From the NCBI RefSeq assembly GCF_022352055.1, contig NZ_JAKRWM010000006.1, positions 320,377-384,376 of the forward strand: a stretch of 64,000 nt of DNA. Direction: 5' to 3'. The notes below the pieces were generated by a model. The model saw nothing but the letters and a program-made list of their open reading frames with translations. It ran no database searches and was not told the origin of the DNA. The stretch comes from Cohnella mopanensis. GTDB taxonomy: Bacteria; Bacillota; Bacilli; Paenibacillales; Paenibacillaceae. The translations under genes and the position numbers were made by a program. Below are positions 20,001 through 30,060 of this stretch, in pieces (position 1 is the stretch's first letter; each line of letters starts with the position of its first letter).

Positions 20001-20834
20001 TTAATGAGTCTGATTGAAGTCCGACTGCGTAAAGACATCATCTTCGTTTTTCACGAAATTCAGGCTCGTATTCAGCGATGACAGCAAATCTTCGAGATTG
20101 GCATTGCGTTGCAGCTCGGGCTCATCCTTGATCCGATCTTTAGGCGTTAATTTCGTTATTTTATTGTCGATAAGGGATCTCAAAGCTACGTCGTACCGGT
20201 TAACATATTTCGAACCCACGAAAGTAGCGGACATAGCCTGAATCAATTGATTAAAGACGAACAGATGAGCTTCGCTGATATGGGCACCGGCCCGGTTAGA
20301 AGGGGCATGGATTTGCTCCATCGCCCGGATCTCATCCTCGTACAGCATCGTCGATAATACTAATCCGTCCCCTAAAGGCCATACGGCAGCAAGGCTTTGA
20401 ACGGATCTTAACGTAATATAGCCGATCCCGATTTTCTTGGCTTGAACGAGGCTAGCTTGAAAAAGCTTAAACGCTTCCTCCCCCACCTCATCCGTACCCA
20501 TGTAATAATGTTTCTTCAGCCGAATTCGGCTAATTTCCTCTTCATCGGCAAACTGTTCAACGAGAAGCGACTTGGAAGCTTGCGGCGTAATCCCTTTCAG
20601 CTCGTCCTCCGTCAGCTCGACGAGATTGCCGCCACCGAGATCGTATCCCTTCCTGATCTCTTCCGACTCGACCTTCGTTCCGCAAGCCTGACAGAATTTC
20701 AAATGAGAGATTGAACCTCCGCAAACCGTATGAGTTTGCTTCAAGGAAATCTCTTTGTCTTCCGTCGCGGCATAAAGCTTGATCGGAATTTGAAACTTGG
20801 CAATCTGAATGGTCCCTTTCCACATGGCATGCAT
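20001..20834 (-). CDS. ku: Non-homologous end-joining protein Ku.
   Basis: The N-terminus MWKGTIQIAKFQIPIKLYAATE aligns to bacterial Ku (YkoV/Mt-Ku). It also contains a Cys-pair insertion (HTVCGG...CQACGT) seen in some bacterial Ku proteins. No ligD gene is adjacent. Confidence 0.85.
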   Translation of the reverse strand: MHAMWKGTIQIAKFQIPIKLYAATEDKEISLKQTHTVCGGSISHLKFCQACGTKVESEEIRKGYDLGGGNLVELTEDELKGITPQASKSLLVEQFADEEEISRIRLKKHYYMGTDEVGEEAFKLFQASLVQAKKIGIGYITLRSVQSLAAVWPLGDGLVLSTMLYEDEIRAMEQIHAPSNRAGAHISEAHLFVFNQLIQAMSATFVGSKYVNRYDVALRSLIDNKITKLTPKDRIKDEPELQRNANLEDLLSSLNTSLNFVKNEDDVFTQSDFNQTH

Positions 20835-21121
20835 CTTCTATCCTTCCCTTCCGCATAGACAATCTATTACTTGTATTGCCTAAGCGATAGGAAAGGATAC
20901 CGCAGCGAAACTATGAATTGTTGTAAACAAATGCGGCATAGCGGCTCTTACGATTGACAAAAGTTCGTTAACGAAAGTAATGTAAGTAAAGTAAGCATTT
21001 TTTACTTAATCGATAACTCTTTTTTCTGCATTTTGTAAGTAAATAGCTGTCGCTTTCTATAGAATTGGCTCGAATTATATCTTTATCACTCGTTTGTTTG
21101 AAGCCGGAGGGAAATCAATTT

Positions 21122-22153
21122 ATGAAACATAACATTACGATGCGCGATATCGCCGACAAGCTCGGAGTAAGCACCGTTACGGTTTCCAAAGCCATTAACG
21201 ACAAAGACGGCGTTGGCGACGATCTGCGGAAGAAAATCAAAGGGGTCGCATCGGATATGGGCTACCGGATGAACGCGGCCGCCAAATCGATGAAAGAAGG
21301 CTTATCCTATAACATCGGCGTCATTATTCCCGAGCGCTTCACCGGTGTTACGCAAGCTTTTTACATGCAATTTTACCAAGCCTTGACCAAAAGCATGGAT
21401 GAGTTCGGCTATTCCGGAATCATGCATATTCTGAGTATGGACGACGAGGAACAACTCGCGCTTCCGCGGGTTTATCTGGAGAAGAAAGTCGACGGATTCA
21501 TTATTCTCGGGCAATCAAACCGGGATTACACCGATATGTTCTTACAGACGGGGACGCCGCTTGTATTTCTTGATTTCTATACCGATCAGCCGGACGTCGA
21601 TTGCGTCATCACCGATAACTTCTACGGGGTTTACGATTTAACGAATCACTTGATTCAACTAGGCCATCGGGACATCGCCTTCGTCGGCAACATTCAAGCG
21701 ACCAGCAGCATTCTGGACCGCTATTTGGGTTATTACAAATCGATTCTGGAACACGGAATCAAGACGCCCGAAGATTACCTCATCAACGACCGGGACGACA
21801 AGGGCCAATATATCGAAATCGCTCTGCCAAGCCGTATGCCGACGGCATTCGTCTGCAACGGCGATCAAATCGCCTTTCACTTGGTTGCCATGCTGCAAAG
21901 AAAAGGGTACCGCGTACCCGAAGACTGCTCCGTCGTGGGATTCGATAACGACATTTTCGCCACTCTGACGCAGCCAAACCTAACGACCGTCGAAGTAAAT
22001 ATGCCGGAAATGTCCAAATCGGCCGTGTCGATGCTCGTCAGAAAGATCAAACATCCGAACATCAGCCACGGACGGGTATCGATCAAAGGGAAAATCGTTT
22101 ATCGCGGTTCCGTGAAGAGTCTGCGACAGACGAATGCAATAAATAACGATTGA
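21122..22153 (+). CDS. LacI family transcriptional regulator.
   Basis: N-terminal HTH (ITMRDIADKLGVSTVTVSKAIND) plus a periplasmic-binding-fold effector domain. ATG at 21122 has a GGAGGG RBS. Confidence 0.9.
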   Translation: MKHNITMRDIADKLGVSTVTVSKAINDKDGVGDDLRKKIKGVASDMGYRMNAAAKSMKEGLSYNIGVIIPERFTGVTQAFYMQFYQALTKSMDEFGYSGIMHILSMDDEEQLALPRVYLEKKVDGFIILGQSNRDYTDMFLQTGTPLVFLDFYTDQPDVDCVITDNFYGVYDLTNHLIQLGHRDIAFVGNIQATSSILDRYLGYYKSILEHGIKTPEDYLINDRDDKGQYIEIALPSRMPTAFVCNGDQIAFHLVAMLQRKGYRVPEDCSVVGFDNDIFATLTQPNLTTVEVNMPEMSKSAVSMLVRKIKHPNISHGRVSIKGKIVYRGSVKSLRQTNAINND

Positions 22154-22224
22154 CTTGTAAGCGCTGACATCTTATACTCGCCTTGTAACCTAATCGATAA
22201 GCTTATTTCAGGGGGAGATCTTAA

Positions 22225-23616
22225 GTGAAGAAAACAGTTTTATCGGTATCTATGGTTTTCGTTCTTCTAGCCGGACTGATTTCAGGATGCGGCGGCAACA
22301 ACAATAACAATAGCAGCCCTTCGGCTTCTCCTTCGGAGACACAGGCCGCCAGCGAAAGCTCGGCAGCTACCGAAAGCAGCTCCGCTGACGTCAAGCCAAG
22401 CGGTTCCATCACCGTACTTACGCAACGCACGGACATCGTTGACACCCTGCAAGGTGAATTCACCGCAGAGTTCAACAAAGTTTACCCAGATATTAAAGTG
22501 AAATGGGAGGCAATCCAAGACTACGAGAATAACATCAAAATCCGGATGGGTACGGAGGATTACGGCGACGTTCTGTTAATCCCGAACAATGTCGAAGCGA
22601 AAGACTTCCCGAACTTCTTCGAGCCGCTGGGCGACTACGAAAAAGACAAATCCGTTTACACGCAAATCGACGTTAAACGTAACGAAGGCAAATATTACGG
22701 CATTCCAATGGCCATCAATACTCTAGGTATCTTATACAACAAAAAAGTATTCAAAGATGCCGGTATTACGGATATGCCTCGCACGCCGGCTGATTTCCTT
22801 GCAGCCATGCACAAAATTAAAGATAACACGAAAGCTATCCCGCTCTATACGAATTACAAGGACGATTGGACTTTGAGCCAATGGGCGGATTATTTGCAAC
22901 CGGCATCCGGCGACCCGAACTATCCGAATATCGGATTTTTGGAAGATCCGAATCCGTGGGCTCCAGGCAAACCTTATAACGACATCTTCAAACTGATGTA
23001 CGATGTCGCCAAAGAAGGATTAATCGAGAGCGACCCGACTACGACGGACTGGGAATCTTCTAAAGGTATGATCAATCGCGGAGAGATCGGCACGATGGTT
23101 CTGGGCTCATGGGCGATTACGCAAATGCAAGCCGCCGGTCCTAACCCGGACGATATCGGCTATATGCCGTTCCCGACGAACGCAGCTAAACTGTCCGCTC
23201 CATTAGCCGCGGATTACACTTGGTCCATTAACGTGCACAGCAAAAACAAAGAAGCCGCAAATGCCTTTATCCATTGGGTTGTTGACATATCCGACTACGC
23301 TTCCAAGTATCAAGGCGGATTCAGCGCGAAGTTCGGTCCTGACGGCAAGCTGCAAGTTCCCGAGCTTCTGAAAGGCTTCCAAGATCTTGGCGTTACGATG
23401 GAAACATCCACTCCGGGACCGGATGATTTGAACGGCCTCAGCACGCAAATCGACAACGATTCCGAGGTGGGTATCCATAACCCTGAATTCAAGAAAAAGT
23501 TGATCGAAGCCGCGATCGGCAACAGAAGCGAATCTTTCGAAGACATCATGAGCGACCTCGACAAAAGATGGAATAAATCTTGGAAGAAGTTAATTCCTGA
23601 TAACTATAAGAAATAA
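22225..23616 (+). CDS. ABC transporter extracellular solute-binding lipoprotein (CUT1/family 1, oligosaccharide type).
   Basis: GTG start with AGGGGGAG RBS. Lipobox LISGCGGNNNN. SBP_bac_1 fold. Confidence 0.85.
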   Translation: MKKTVLSVSMVFVLLAGLISGCGGNNNNNSSPSASPSETQAASESSAATESSSADVKPSGSITVLTQRTDIVDTLQGEFTAEFNKVYPDIKVKWEAIQDYENNIKIRMGTEDYGDVLLIPNNVEAKDFPNFFEPLGDYEKDKSVYTQIDVKRNEGKYYGIPMAINTLGILYNKKVFKDAGITDMPRTPADFLAAMHKIKDNTKAIPLYTNYKDDWTLSQWADYLQPASGDPNYPNIGFLEDPNPWAPGKPYNDIFKLMYDVAKEGLIESDPTTTDWESSKGMINRGEIGTMVLGSWAITQMQAAGPNPDDIGYMPFPTNAAKLSAPLAADYTWSINVHSKNKEAANAFIHWVVDISDYASKYQGGFSAKFGPDGKLQVPELLKGFQDLGVTMETSTPGPDDLNGLSTQIDNDSEVGIHNPEFKKKLIEAAIGNRSESFEDIMSDLDKRWNKSWKKLIPDNYKK

Positions 23617-23642
23617 GCTCTTTCGGGGATAAGAAACTCGTC

Positions 23643-23683
23643 GCTTAGGGGAAAGTGCAAACGTGCTTTCCCCTAAGATTTTC
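23643..23683 (+). terminator. Intra-operon hairpin CTTAGGGGAAAG-N8-CTTTCCCCTAAG followed by ATTTTCT.
   Basis: Perfect 12-bp stem. Its position between the binding-protein gene and the permease genes is typical for differential expression. Confidence 0.6.
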
Positions 23684-23717
23684 TATACTCCATAATTTTC
23701 GCGGCGGAGGTACGGGT

Positions 23718-24596
23718 ATGTTTAGTTTATCGAATCTAAGCTATAAGGCACAGAGAATCGTCATCATCGTTACCTTCTCGTTTGTCCCGATCTTGCTATT
23801 ACTTACATTTGGATACTTACCTGTTGTAGGCATGTTCAAATATGCTTTTACGGACTGGAACGGCATATCCCCTAACTACCATTGGGTAGGCTTTGATAAC
23901 TTCAAAAGAATTTTCACAGAGGAAAAATATTATGAAGGCTTCTTAAACAGCATTTATTATTTCGGCGGCAGCTTTGTTCAGTTGGCCATTGCCTTATACT
24001 TCGCGACGATCTTAAGCTTCGCGGTCAAAGGCAAAAACTTCTTCAAAGGCGTGTTGTTTTTCCCGAGTATGATCAACAGCGTGGCCGTCGGCTTAATCTT
24101 CCTCTTCTTCTTCAGACCAGAAGGAACACTAGATACGATTCTTGGTTTCTTCGGCATTACGGATCCCCCGAAGTGGCTGCTTAATACGAAGATCATTAAC
24201 ATCTCGTTGGTTGGAGCGTCCGTGTGGCGTTACTTGGGCTTTACCTTCATTCTCCTGCTGGGAGCCATTTCTTCTGTACCTCATGATCTATATGAAGCGG
24301 CGGAAATCGATGGTGCCAATCGCTGGCATCAATTTAAATATATCATTCTACCGAGCATTCGCCGGATCGTCGCGATCACATTGATCCTATCCATCAGCGG
24401 CTCCGTAGCGCCATTCGAAATTCCTTACATCATGACGGGCGGCTCCAACGGCAGTAACACGTTCGTCATTCAGACGGTTACGACCACGTTCTCCTACAGC
24501 AAATACGGTATGGGTTCCGCAATGGCCGTCGTTCTTTTCCTGATCGTCATCTTTGTGACTTTGCTGCAAAAATCCTTTATTAAGGAGGAGAAATAG
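23718..24596 (+). CDS. Sugar ABC transporter permease (MalF/LplB-like).
   Basis: Six TM segments and an EAA-like loop (YEAAEIDGANRWHQFKYIILP). The start MFSLSNL at 23718 has a GGAGG RBS. Confidence 0.85.
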   Translation: MFSLSNLSYKAQRIVIIVTFSFVPILLLLTFGYLPVVGMFKYAFTDWNGISPNYHWVGFDNFKRIFTEEKYYEGFLNSIYYFGGSFVQLAIALYFATILSFAVKGKNFFKGVLFFPSMINSVAVGLIFLFFFRPEGTLDTILGFFGITDPPKWLLNTKIINISLVGASVWRYLGFTFILLLGAISSVPHDLYEAAEIDGANRWHQFKYIILPSIRRIVAITLILSISGSVAPFEIPYIMTGGSNGSNTFVIQTVTTTFSYSKYGMGSAMAVVLFLIVIFVTLLQKSFIKEEK

Positions 24597-24597
24597 A

Positions 24598-25431
24598 ATG
24601 GCAAACTTAAAAGCCCCTACAGCCCGCACATTCAAATATCTCACCTTAATAATAGGTGCATTCTGCGCTCTAGCTCCGCTTGTCGTCGTATTGTTCGCTT
24701 CCTTTAAGTCTTCGCAGGAATATATGGGCACCGGTCCGTTAACCCCCCCGCAGGACTGGTTTAATTTCGACAACTACCGCACGGCTTTCGTTAAAGGGAA
24801 CATGCTGACGGGCTTTAAGAATACGGCGATTATTATGGCCGTGTCCTTAATCGGGAATATCCTGATCGGCACGATGATCGCGTACGTACTGCAACGGTTT
24901 ACCTTTAAGGCCCGCGGCATGATCATGGTCGCGTTCCTGTTCGCCGCCTTAATTCCGAGCGTTACGACGCAGGTTATTTTGTTCAAAATCGTTCATGCGC
25001 TCGGGTTGTTCAACTCGATGGGATCTGCGATTATCCTCTACTTGGGTACCGATATTATCGGGATCTATATCTTCATACAGTTCATGGAAAATATCTCGAC
25101 GCAGTTGGATGAATCGGCAATGCTGGACGGCGCCTCCTATTTCACGATCTTCGCCAAAATCATTTTCCCGTTATTGGCTCCGGCGATCGTTACGTTGCTG
25201 ATCATCAGAGGCATTGGGATATACAATGACTTCTATATTCCGTTCCTGTACATGCCGGACCCTGATCTCCGAACGATATCGACGTCGTTGTTCGCCTTCA
25301 AGGGACCGTTCGGGTCGCATTGGGAAACGATCTGCGCGGCGGTCATGCTCATCATCATCCCTACCGTCATTGCTTTCTTAGCTCTGCAAAAATATATTTA
25401 CAACGGATTTACGCAAGGCGCAGTGAAGTAA
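24598..25431 (+). CDS. Sugar ABC transporter permease (MalG/LplC-like).
   Basis: BPD_transp_1 motif (DESAMLDGASYFTIFAKIIFP). No ATPase is encoded locally, as in MsmX-dependent CUT1 systems. Confidence 0.85.
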   Translation: MANLKAPTARTFKYLTLIIGAFCALAPLVVVLFASFKSSQEYMGTGPLTPPQDWFNFDNYRTAFVKGNMLTGFKNTAIIMAVSLIGNILIGTMIAYVLQRFTFKARGMIMVAFLFAALIPSVTTQVILFKIVHALGLFNSMGSAIILYLGTDIIGIYIFIQFMENISTQLDESAMLDGASYFTIFAKIIFPLLAPAIVTLLIIRGIGIYNDFYIPFLYMPDPDLRTISTSLFAFKGPFGSHWETICAAVMLIIIPTVIAFLALQKYIYNGFTQGAVK

Positions 25432-25474
25432 AAACAAGCCGGCAGAGGATATTCCTCCGCCGGCTTGTTTTTAC
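25431..25474. terminator. Bidirectional rho-independent terminator AAACAAGCCGGCAGAGGA-tatt-CCTCCGCCGGCTTGTTTTT.
   Basis: Long GC stem with A and T runs on both sides, placed between convergent genes. Confidence 0.75.
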
Positions 25475-25475
25475 T

Positions 25476-26216
25476 TCAGATCCCTTCTTTAAGGGCATAT
25501 TCAATCATATCCGCAACGTTCTTGACAAAGTCCTCCTCGCTCTCCCCCAGTATGGGGAGAACCCGAAAGAAGGCGAGCCTCGCCGTCATGCCGGTAAGCT
25601 CCTCATCCTGTTCCTTATAATATTGCAACCCTTCGAAAGTGGTAGGTCTAACGTTTACTCTAACTGCCATCTGCGCCTTCGGATAAAGCTGCTTTAGGGC
25701 TTTCGCGAAGGACTCTGACTTTAGACCCTTCACATCATCGACGGAGGCATAGATGTCTCGAAATTCCGACTCTATCTCGGCCATCAAATCGATATACCAG
25801 TCTACGTCTTCGATTTCGAACACCGACAGGTTCCGCTTGTATCCGTCATCTTCATTGTACGGATACTTCTCCTTCGCTTTCGCGAAGATCTCGCGAGCTT
25901 CGGAAAGCTTTTTATTCCGAATAGCCTCATCGCCTTGTTTGATCAGTTCATTGGCCTCGTTTATGATGCTAAGGCTTTGTTCCTTCTTCCTCAGCGCTTC
26001 TTCGTTGTCTGGATCAAACCTTAGTGCATTATCGTAGGCTGTAATCGCAACGGTATAATCCTTCATTTCGAACATTTGATCGCCGGCCTCTATCGCCTCT
26101 AATGCGATTTTACTCTGACCCGTGCCATTGCACGCCGTTAGCACGAATAGGCTCGACATCACAATCGCAATGACTAGGAGATACCGGCCCGCTTTTCTTC
26201 CGCTTCCATACCACAT
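25476..26216 (-). CDS. TPR-repeat lipoprotein.
   Basis: Lipobox LTACNG and TPR-like repeats (AITAYDNALRFDPDNEEA...). Confidence 0.6.
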   Translation of the reverse strand: MWYGSGRKAGRYLLVIAIVMSSLFVLTACNGTGQSKIALEAIEAGDQMFEMKDYTVAITAYDNALRFDPDNEEALRKKEQSLSIINEANELIKQGDEAIRNKKLSEAREIFAKAKEKYPYNEDDGYKRNLSVFEIEDVDWYIDLMAEIESEFRDIYASVDDVKGLKSESFAKALKQLYPKAQMAVRVNVRPTTFEGLQYYKEQDEELTGMTARLAFFRVLPILGESEEDFVKNVADMIEYALKEGI

Positions 26217-26249
26217 TTCAATTCTGTCCTTCCAATATTAGCTATGATG

Positions 26250-27269
26250 TTACCAATTGTTAACCGCATGCTCGGCAAAAGCGACCAAATCCTTGACTTC
26301 GATCACTCTTCCGTCATCTAGAACAGCTTGTCCGGTAAACGCCCCGAAAATCTGATGGCAACGATTATCCAAGAACAACGCTTTCGCTTCCGTATAGCGG
26401 TCATAGATCGGAGTAAACTCCATCTCGAATCGCCCGTCGTCGCTCGTAAACCGCTTCTTCGCCATATAACCGCCGTTTCCGGCCAGATCGAAATGGACTT
26501 GGCTTATTTTATGGGCAACCCCGTCATAGAACAGCATGTTTTCCGTTGCTGCCGAGGTATTGCCGAATCCGTATCCGATATTAAAGCCGAAACGCTTGCC
26601 CTCGATCCAGCCACTGCCGCTCCCCCAATACCATTCGTTATGGAACGGCCATACGCCCCGTCCCCAATCCAATAAACCGAAAGCAGATTCAGGCTCGAAA
26701 CGGTAAACCTTATCGTCGATCTTCGCAACCCCTTTGGCCGGCATGCAATTGATCTTATGATTATAGTAGAAACATTTCTCGCTCTCATCGAATGGCGTTG
26801 CGATTACGAGAGACGTCGGATCGGGCTGGGACAGCTGAACGTCTATGTCTACTTTCGGAAATTTGCCTCCGCTTGTTTGACAGATTAACCTGCGACCGCC
26901 TTGAAAGACCTGAAACTGCATAAGCAGATTTTTGGCTTTGAACGTAATGTCCTCCTGATCCCCCGACTCCGGCAATTTAAGCCGGTTAAACGGAAAGAAA
27001 AGCAAATGGGAGAATTGATGCATGATTCCGGTGTGGAACTCGAACAGCTTGAACGACACTTCTCCCACATACGAAGCATGACCGATCGTCAGCTGTAAGC
27101 AGTAATCATCGTTCGATACTTGATAGAAATCCCATTCCTTTATCCTCCAAGGCCTCGCCTTGATCGCCTTGCGATTAAAACGCAGAACGGCTCGCGTCGA
27201 ATACCCTTTCTGCAGGAGCGCCCCGTCTTCCCCTAGAACATACCCGGGTGTAATGATCTGATTTTGCAT
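26250..27269 (-). CDS. DUF2804-like hypothetical protein.
   Basis: 339 aa with a WYWGSGSGW-type motif that I recall from DUF2804. No catalytic assignment. Confidence 0.5.
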   Translation of the reverse strand: MQNQIITPGYVLGEDGALLQKGYSTRAVLRFNRKAIKARPWRIKEWDFYQVSNDDYCLQLTIGHASYVGEVSFKLFEFHTGIMHQFSHLLFFPFNRLKLPESGDQEDITFKAKNLLMQFQVFQGGRRLICQTSGGKFPKVDIDVQLSQPDPTSLVIATPFDESEKCFYYNHKINCMPAKGVAKIDDKVYRFEPESAFGLLDWGRGVWPFHNEWYWGSGSGWIEGKRFGFNIGYGFGNTSAATENMLFYDGVAHKISQVHFDLAGNGGYMAKKRFTSDDGRFEMEFTPIYDRYTEAKALFLDNRCHQIFGAFTGQAVLDDGRVIEVKDLVAFAEHAVNNW

Positions 27270-27429
27270 GAATGGGCCTCCATTTTATCGAATCGCAGAA
27301 GTTCCTCTCTCTTTCTCTCTATGTAAATTTTACCTCCAAGTCGTCGCTTGAGGCAATGAAAAACACTCCTACAAGACATCAGCGACATCTCTGTTCAGTG
27401 AAATAAAATTGTAGACTAGCAGTGACGTT

Positions 27430-27446
27430 AAGCTAACGGGCAGGAT
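27430..27446. repeat. Repeat copy AAGCTAACGGGCAGGAT.
   Basis: Member of a degenerate palindromic repeat family with core CTAACGGG(A/C)A. The family has seven copies within 2.7 kb of the islet, plus copies at 283-293 and 38355-38381. Confidence 0.5.
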
Positions 27447-27462
27447 TGCTTACACCCATAAA

Positions 27463-27471
27463 TGTTATAAT
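27463..27471 (+). promoter_or_regulatory. Extended -10 element TGTTATAAT upstream of the first islet ORF.
   Basis: TGnTATAAT match located 32 nt upstream of ATG 27503. The -35 element is weak. Confidence 0.4.
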
Positions 27472-27502
27472 AGTGGTGAAGTATTGGAAAGTTGGTGGTT
27501 TA

Positions 27503-28216
27503 ATGAGTGAAACGAGAGTGTTGCCTGAACCTCATAAATATGCTGTTTGTGCTCCCGCAGATACGCCTATAAAGAATTTTTACAAGGGAATTTATGATGA
27601 AGTTTTTATTTTTTATCATCCATTCATTAAACCAATATCAATTGGCTACGATTTATTTGAACCAGAAACATATCCAGGCAAAAATGAAATTATAGAAAAA
27701 TGCCAAATGGTTACATGGAATCAGTTTTTAACAATATCAGAAATCGAAAGTTACAGACATTTAGACATTGGATTAAGAACCCGAATCATGGGATTGAAAA
27801 AGGAATATGCAAACGAAGTAATCTCTAAAAAGATTCAAGACACTTGTGAGAAACATCAGTTAATTGCTCCAATGGAAGGTTTTTTTCCAGAGTTTCTAAT
27901 GAATAAGGTGCTTTTATCAATAAAACATGAAGGACATGACTGGATATGGTCTGGGGATGAATTTTGCACCGAAAGAAAATTGGAGTACATTGATGATTTA
28001 ATTAATGATAATGAAGCATTGCGAAATCAACACTTGAATCTGTTTACTCACAATAATGAAGTTTTGCTTACAACTCATTGGGATAGCCACTTTTCCCTAC
28101 TCTGTTCGGATAAAGATACAATAAAAAAGATAGTCAAGTTTGCTGGTCTGGAAGGTTTCTTTTGTGATGAAAAGACTGATATTTATTGGAGTTTGCGAAA
28201 CACATCATTCAACTAA
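27503..28216 (+). CDS. Hypothetical protein of 237 aa in the AT-rich islet.
   Basis: Low-GC codon usage distinct from the flanks. ATG 27503 has a GGTGG RBS. The stop is immediately followed by a CGGGAAACG repeat copy and a terminator. Confidence 0.55.
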   Translation: MSETRVLPEPHKYAVCAPADTPIKNFYKGIYDEVFIFYHPFIKPISIGYDLFEPETYPGKNEIIEKCQMVTWNQFLTISEIESYRHLDIGLRTRIMGLKKEYANEVISKKIQDTCEKHQLIAPMEGFFPEFLMNKVLLSIKHEGHDWIWSGDEFCTERKLEYIDDLINDNEALRNQHLNLFTHNNEVLLTTHWDSHFSLLCSDKDTIKKIVKFAGLEGFFCDEKTDIYWSLRNTSFN

Positions 28217-28226
28217 CGGGAAACGT
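28207..28226. repeat. Repeat copy CAACTAACGGGAAACGTTTG that overlaps the stop codon of ORF 27503..28216.
   Basis: Same family. Confidence 0.5.
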
Positions 28227-28242
28227 TTGTTTAATAAGTATG

Positions 28243-28280
28243 CTGCGGCAGCCGACCTAACTATCGGTTGCCGTTTTTAT
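28243..28280 (+). terminator. Rho-independent terminator GCGGCAGCCGA-cctaacta-TCGGTTGCCG followed by TTTTTATT.
   Basis: Stem plus T-run read from the sequence. Confidence 0.7.
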
Positions 28281-28292
28281 TAAGTTAACGGG
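28273..28292. repeat. Repeat copy AAGTTAACGGGCAGTTTAGC.
   Basis: Same family. It pairs most closely with the copy at 27430. Confidence 0.5.
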
Positions 28293-28494
28293 CAGTTTAG
28301 CCCGAAAAAAACAAAGAGGCGACACTGTTGATTTGGTGAGACTCTTCTCTTATTATTGTGGTATCGTTGATACATGAATGTTAAAAAAGGTTTTTGTTAC
28401 TTTTTGAGCCTAATGCTCAGCAAACTTTTTGTGAGAAACCGACAAGTATGACTCGTTCGTGACATTAAAGGCTGAAAAACAATTGGAGGCTTTT

Positions 28495-29433
28495 ATGGCG
28501 AATGACAACGAGTTGCAATCTGCAAAGGATTTAGTGCGACTACTTAAGAATAAGGAAAATTTGACATACGACCTTTTTCAAAAGCATCCTGATTATGAAG
28601 CCGAGGTTAGAAAGAGAATTGAGGCTTTAGGTTACAATTACGACGAAGTCGCTAATGCCGAGAAAGCTGAGGCAATTTTAGATCACTTATGGGAGGACAT
28701 TCTTTCAATCCTCAATCAGGAAGATGCTTCTAGGTTAATGAATGAAGTGGCAATCGGGCTGGTCAATAGTCCACTTAACAGAGCACGAGTTGAACAAGGA
28801 AAGGCCATAATAATTAATTACGGATTGCTAACATTTTTAAATCAGAGCACTAAGTATAAAATTGCAGCTCATGAACCTCAACATGTAACATTCTGCGATA
28901 GAGTTGATCCAAGCAGGTTGACAACTGAAATCGTGAACCTATTTTATGCTGAACTCGTCATGAACTACCGAGAAAAGAATGTTCCAGTAGGTCCTCTAAT
29001 TCTTCTAGATAATGAATCGGAACTTCTACGAGGAGACTACCTCTATGTGAAGGAACTTTTCATTGTCTCCCATGAATTAGCCCATATACTTCTCAACCAT
29101 ACAGAACGTTCTCATTTTGCTGAATTTCAAGCTGACCATCTTGCATACCAAATCGTTAGAGAAGTTCTGGCAAAGACACGCGAGGGTTTGAATGGTAAAT
29201 TTTTGCTCGTAACGCTAACGGATCTTTTCATAGACATGCAGCATCTATCAGGGACCCAAATAAGTGAGACGCACCCACCTGCGGTTTCAAGGCTGCTACA
29301 CATTACACGAGAGTTTTATGGAGATGAGTTGGCTGAAGCTATGAAAAAGTATTTGATGAACATAGATAGCGAGGAATACGAAAAGCTACTTTCTTTAATG
29401 CCTGATTATGGTTGTGGAACCACTGTCGGGTGA
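28495..29433 (+). CDS. HExxH zinc-metallopeptidase-motif protein (SHELAHILLNH), possibly an ImmA/IrrE-like peptidase domain.
   Basis: ATG 28495 has a GGAGG RBS. The HELxHxxLxH pattern resembles COG2856 peptidases. Low-GC codon usage. No partner XRE regulator is present. Confidence 0.55.
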   Translation: MANDNELQSAKDLVRLLKNKENLTYDLFQKHPDYEAEVRKRIEALGYNYDEVANAEKAEAILDHLWEDILSILNQEDASRLMNEVAIGLVNSPLNRARVEQGKAIIINYGLLTFLNQSTKYKIAAHEPQHVTFCDRVDPSRLTTEIVNLFYAELVMNYREKNVPVGPLILLDNESELLRGDYLYVKELFIVSHELAHILLNHTERSHFAEFQADHLAYQIVREVLAKTREGLNGKFLLVTLTDLFIDMQHLSGTQISETHPPAVSRLLHITREFYGDELAEAMKKYLMNIDSEEYEKLLSLMPDYGCGTTVG

Positions 29434-29465
29434 CGGGAAATCAATTTCAATGTTTGCTGTGTAAT

Positions 29466-29492
29466 AAAGCTAACGGGAACCGAGAACTCAAT
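29466..29492. repeat. Repeat copy AAGCTAACGGGAACCGAGAACTCAATA. A shorter copy TGACGGGAAATC at 29434-29445 overlaps the stop of ORF 28495..29433.
   Basis: Same family. Confidence 0.5.
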
Positions 29493-29568
29493 AAATTACA
29501 TCACGAGGCTACTGCGGAATCGTTTGGTAACCTTGCTCAGCTAAGGGACAATTTAATGCAACTTTAAC

Positions 29569-29871
29569 GTGGTACAATGTGGGGAAATAGAAGAACGGAG
29601 TGAAGTCTTGGATAAAGATGTTATGTGGGGAATTTTTGTTTCTGAAGAAAGTAAACGTTTTCCAAACTTCTTTCCCATCGGTTTTTACGCGACTCGTGAA
29701 AAGGCAGTCGAAGTAATTCAAGAGCTACCAAAAGACGTTAATTATGATTTGCTCAAGCTGCCTTTGAACCGCAATTTTGCTTATTTTCATAAGAAAAGCG
29801 GCAAGTTAGTAGGTATGGATGATATTTATCACGAGCACTTCCATTTTAAGGGTGAACATGAAAATAGCTGA
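29569..29871 (+). CDS. Small hypothetical protein (about 88-100 aa; the start is uncertain among GTG 29569, TTG 29605 and ATG 29623).
   Basis: ORF in the AT-rich islet with a GGAG about 8 nt before TTG 29605. The stop is followed by an ACTAACGG repeat copy. Confidence 0.4.
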   Translation: MVQCGEIEERSEVLDKDVMWGIFVSEESKRFPNFFPIGFYATREKAVEVIQELPKDVNYDLLKLPLNRNFAYFHKKSGKLVGMDDIYHEHFHFKGEHENS

Positions 29872-30035
29872 ACTAACGGATGACGATGACGATCTAAGCA
29901 GAAGTAAGAGGGGGGCAGTTTATGATAAAGCCCGTACTAAAAAGCCTATTTACAGGGACGTGTTAATCGTAAGCCAACCGTTAACGATGAACGTGATAAG
30001 AACTGAAAACCGCTTACCGAGAAGTAACAGTCCCG

Positions 30036-30060
30036 TTACACTAACAGGAACCGATAGTTC
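30036..30060. repeat. Repeat copy CACTAACAGGAACCGATAGTTCAAA. A further degenerate copy ACTAACGGATGACG lies at 29866-29880.
   Basis: Same family. This is the closest match to the palindromic copy at 38355. Confidence 0.5.

Noticed and set aside
30036-30060. A LexA (Cheo-box) or sigma-54 site within the repeat copies (GAACCGATAGTTC; GGGCAGGATTGCTT).
   Set aside because: The half-site spacing is N5 rather than N4 for a Cheo box, and the GG/GC spacing does not fit the -24/-12 geometry.
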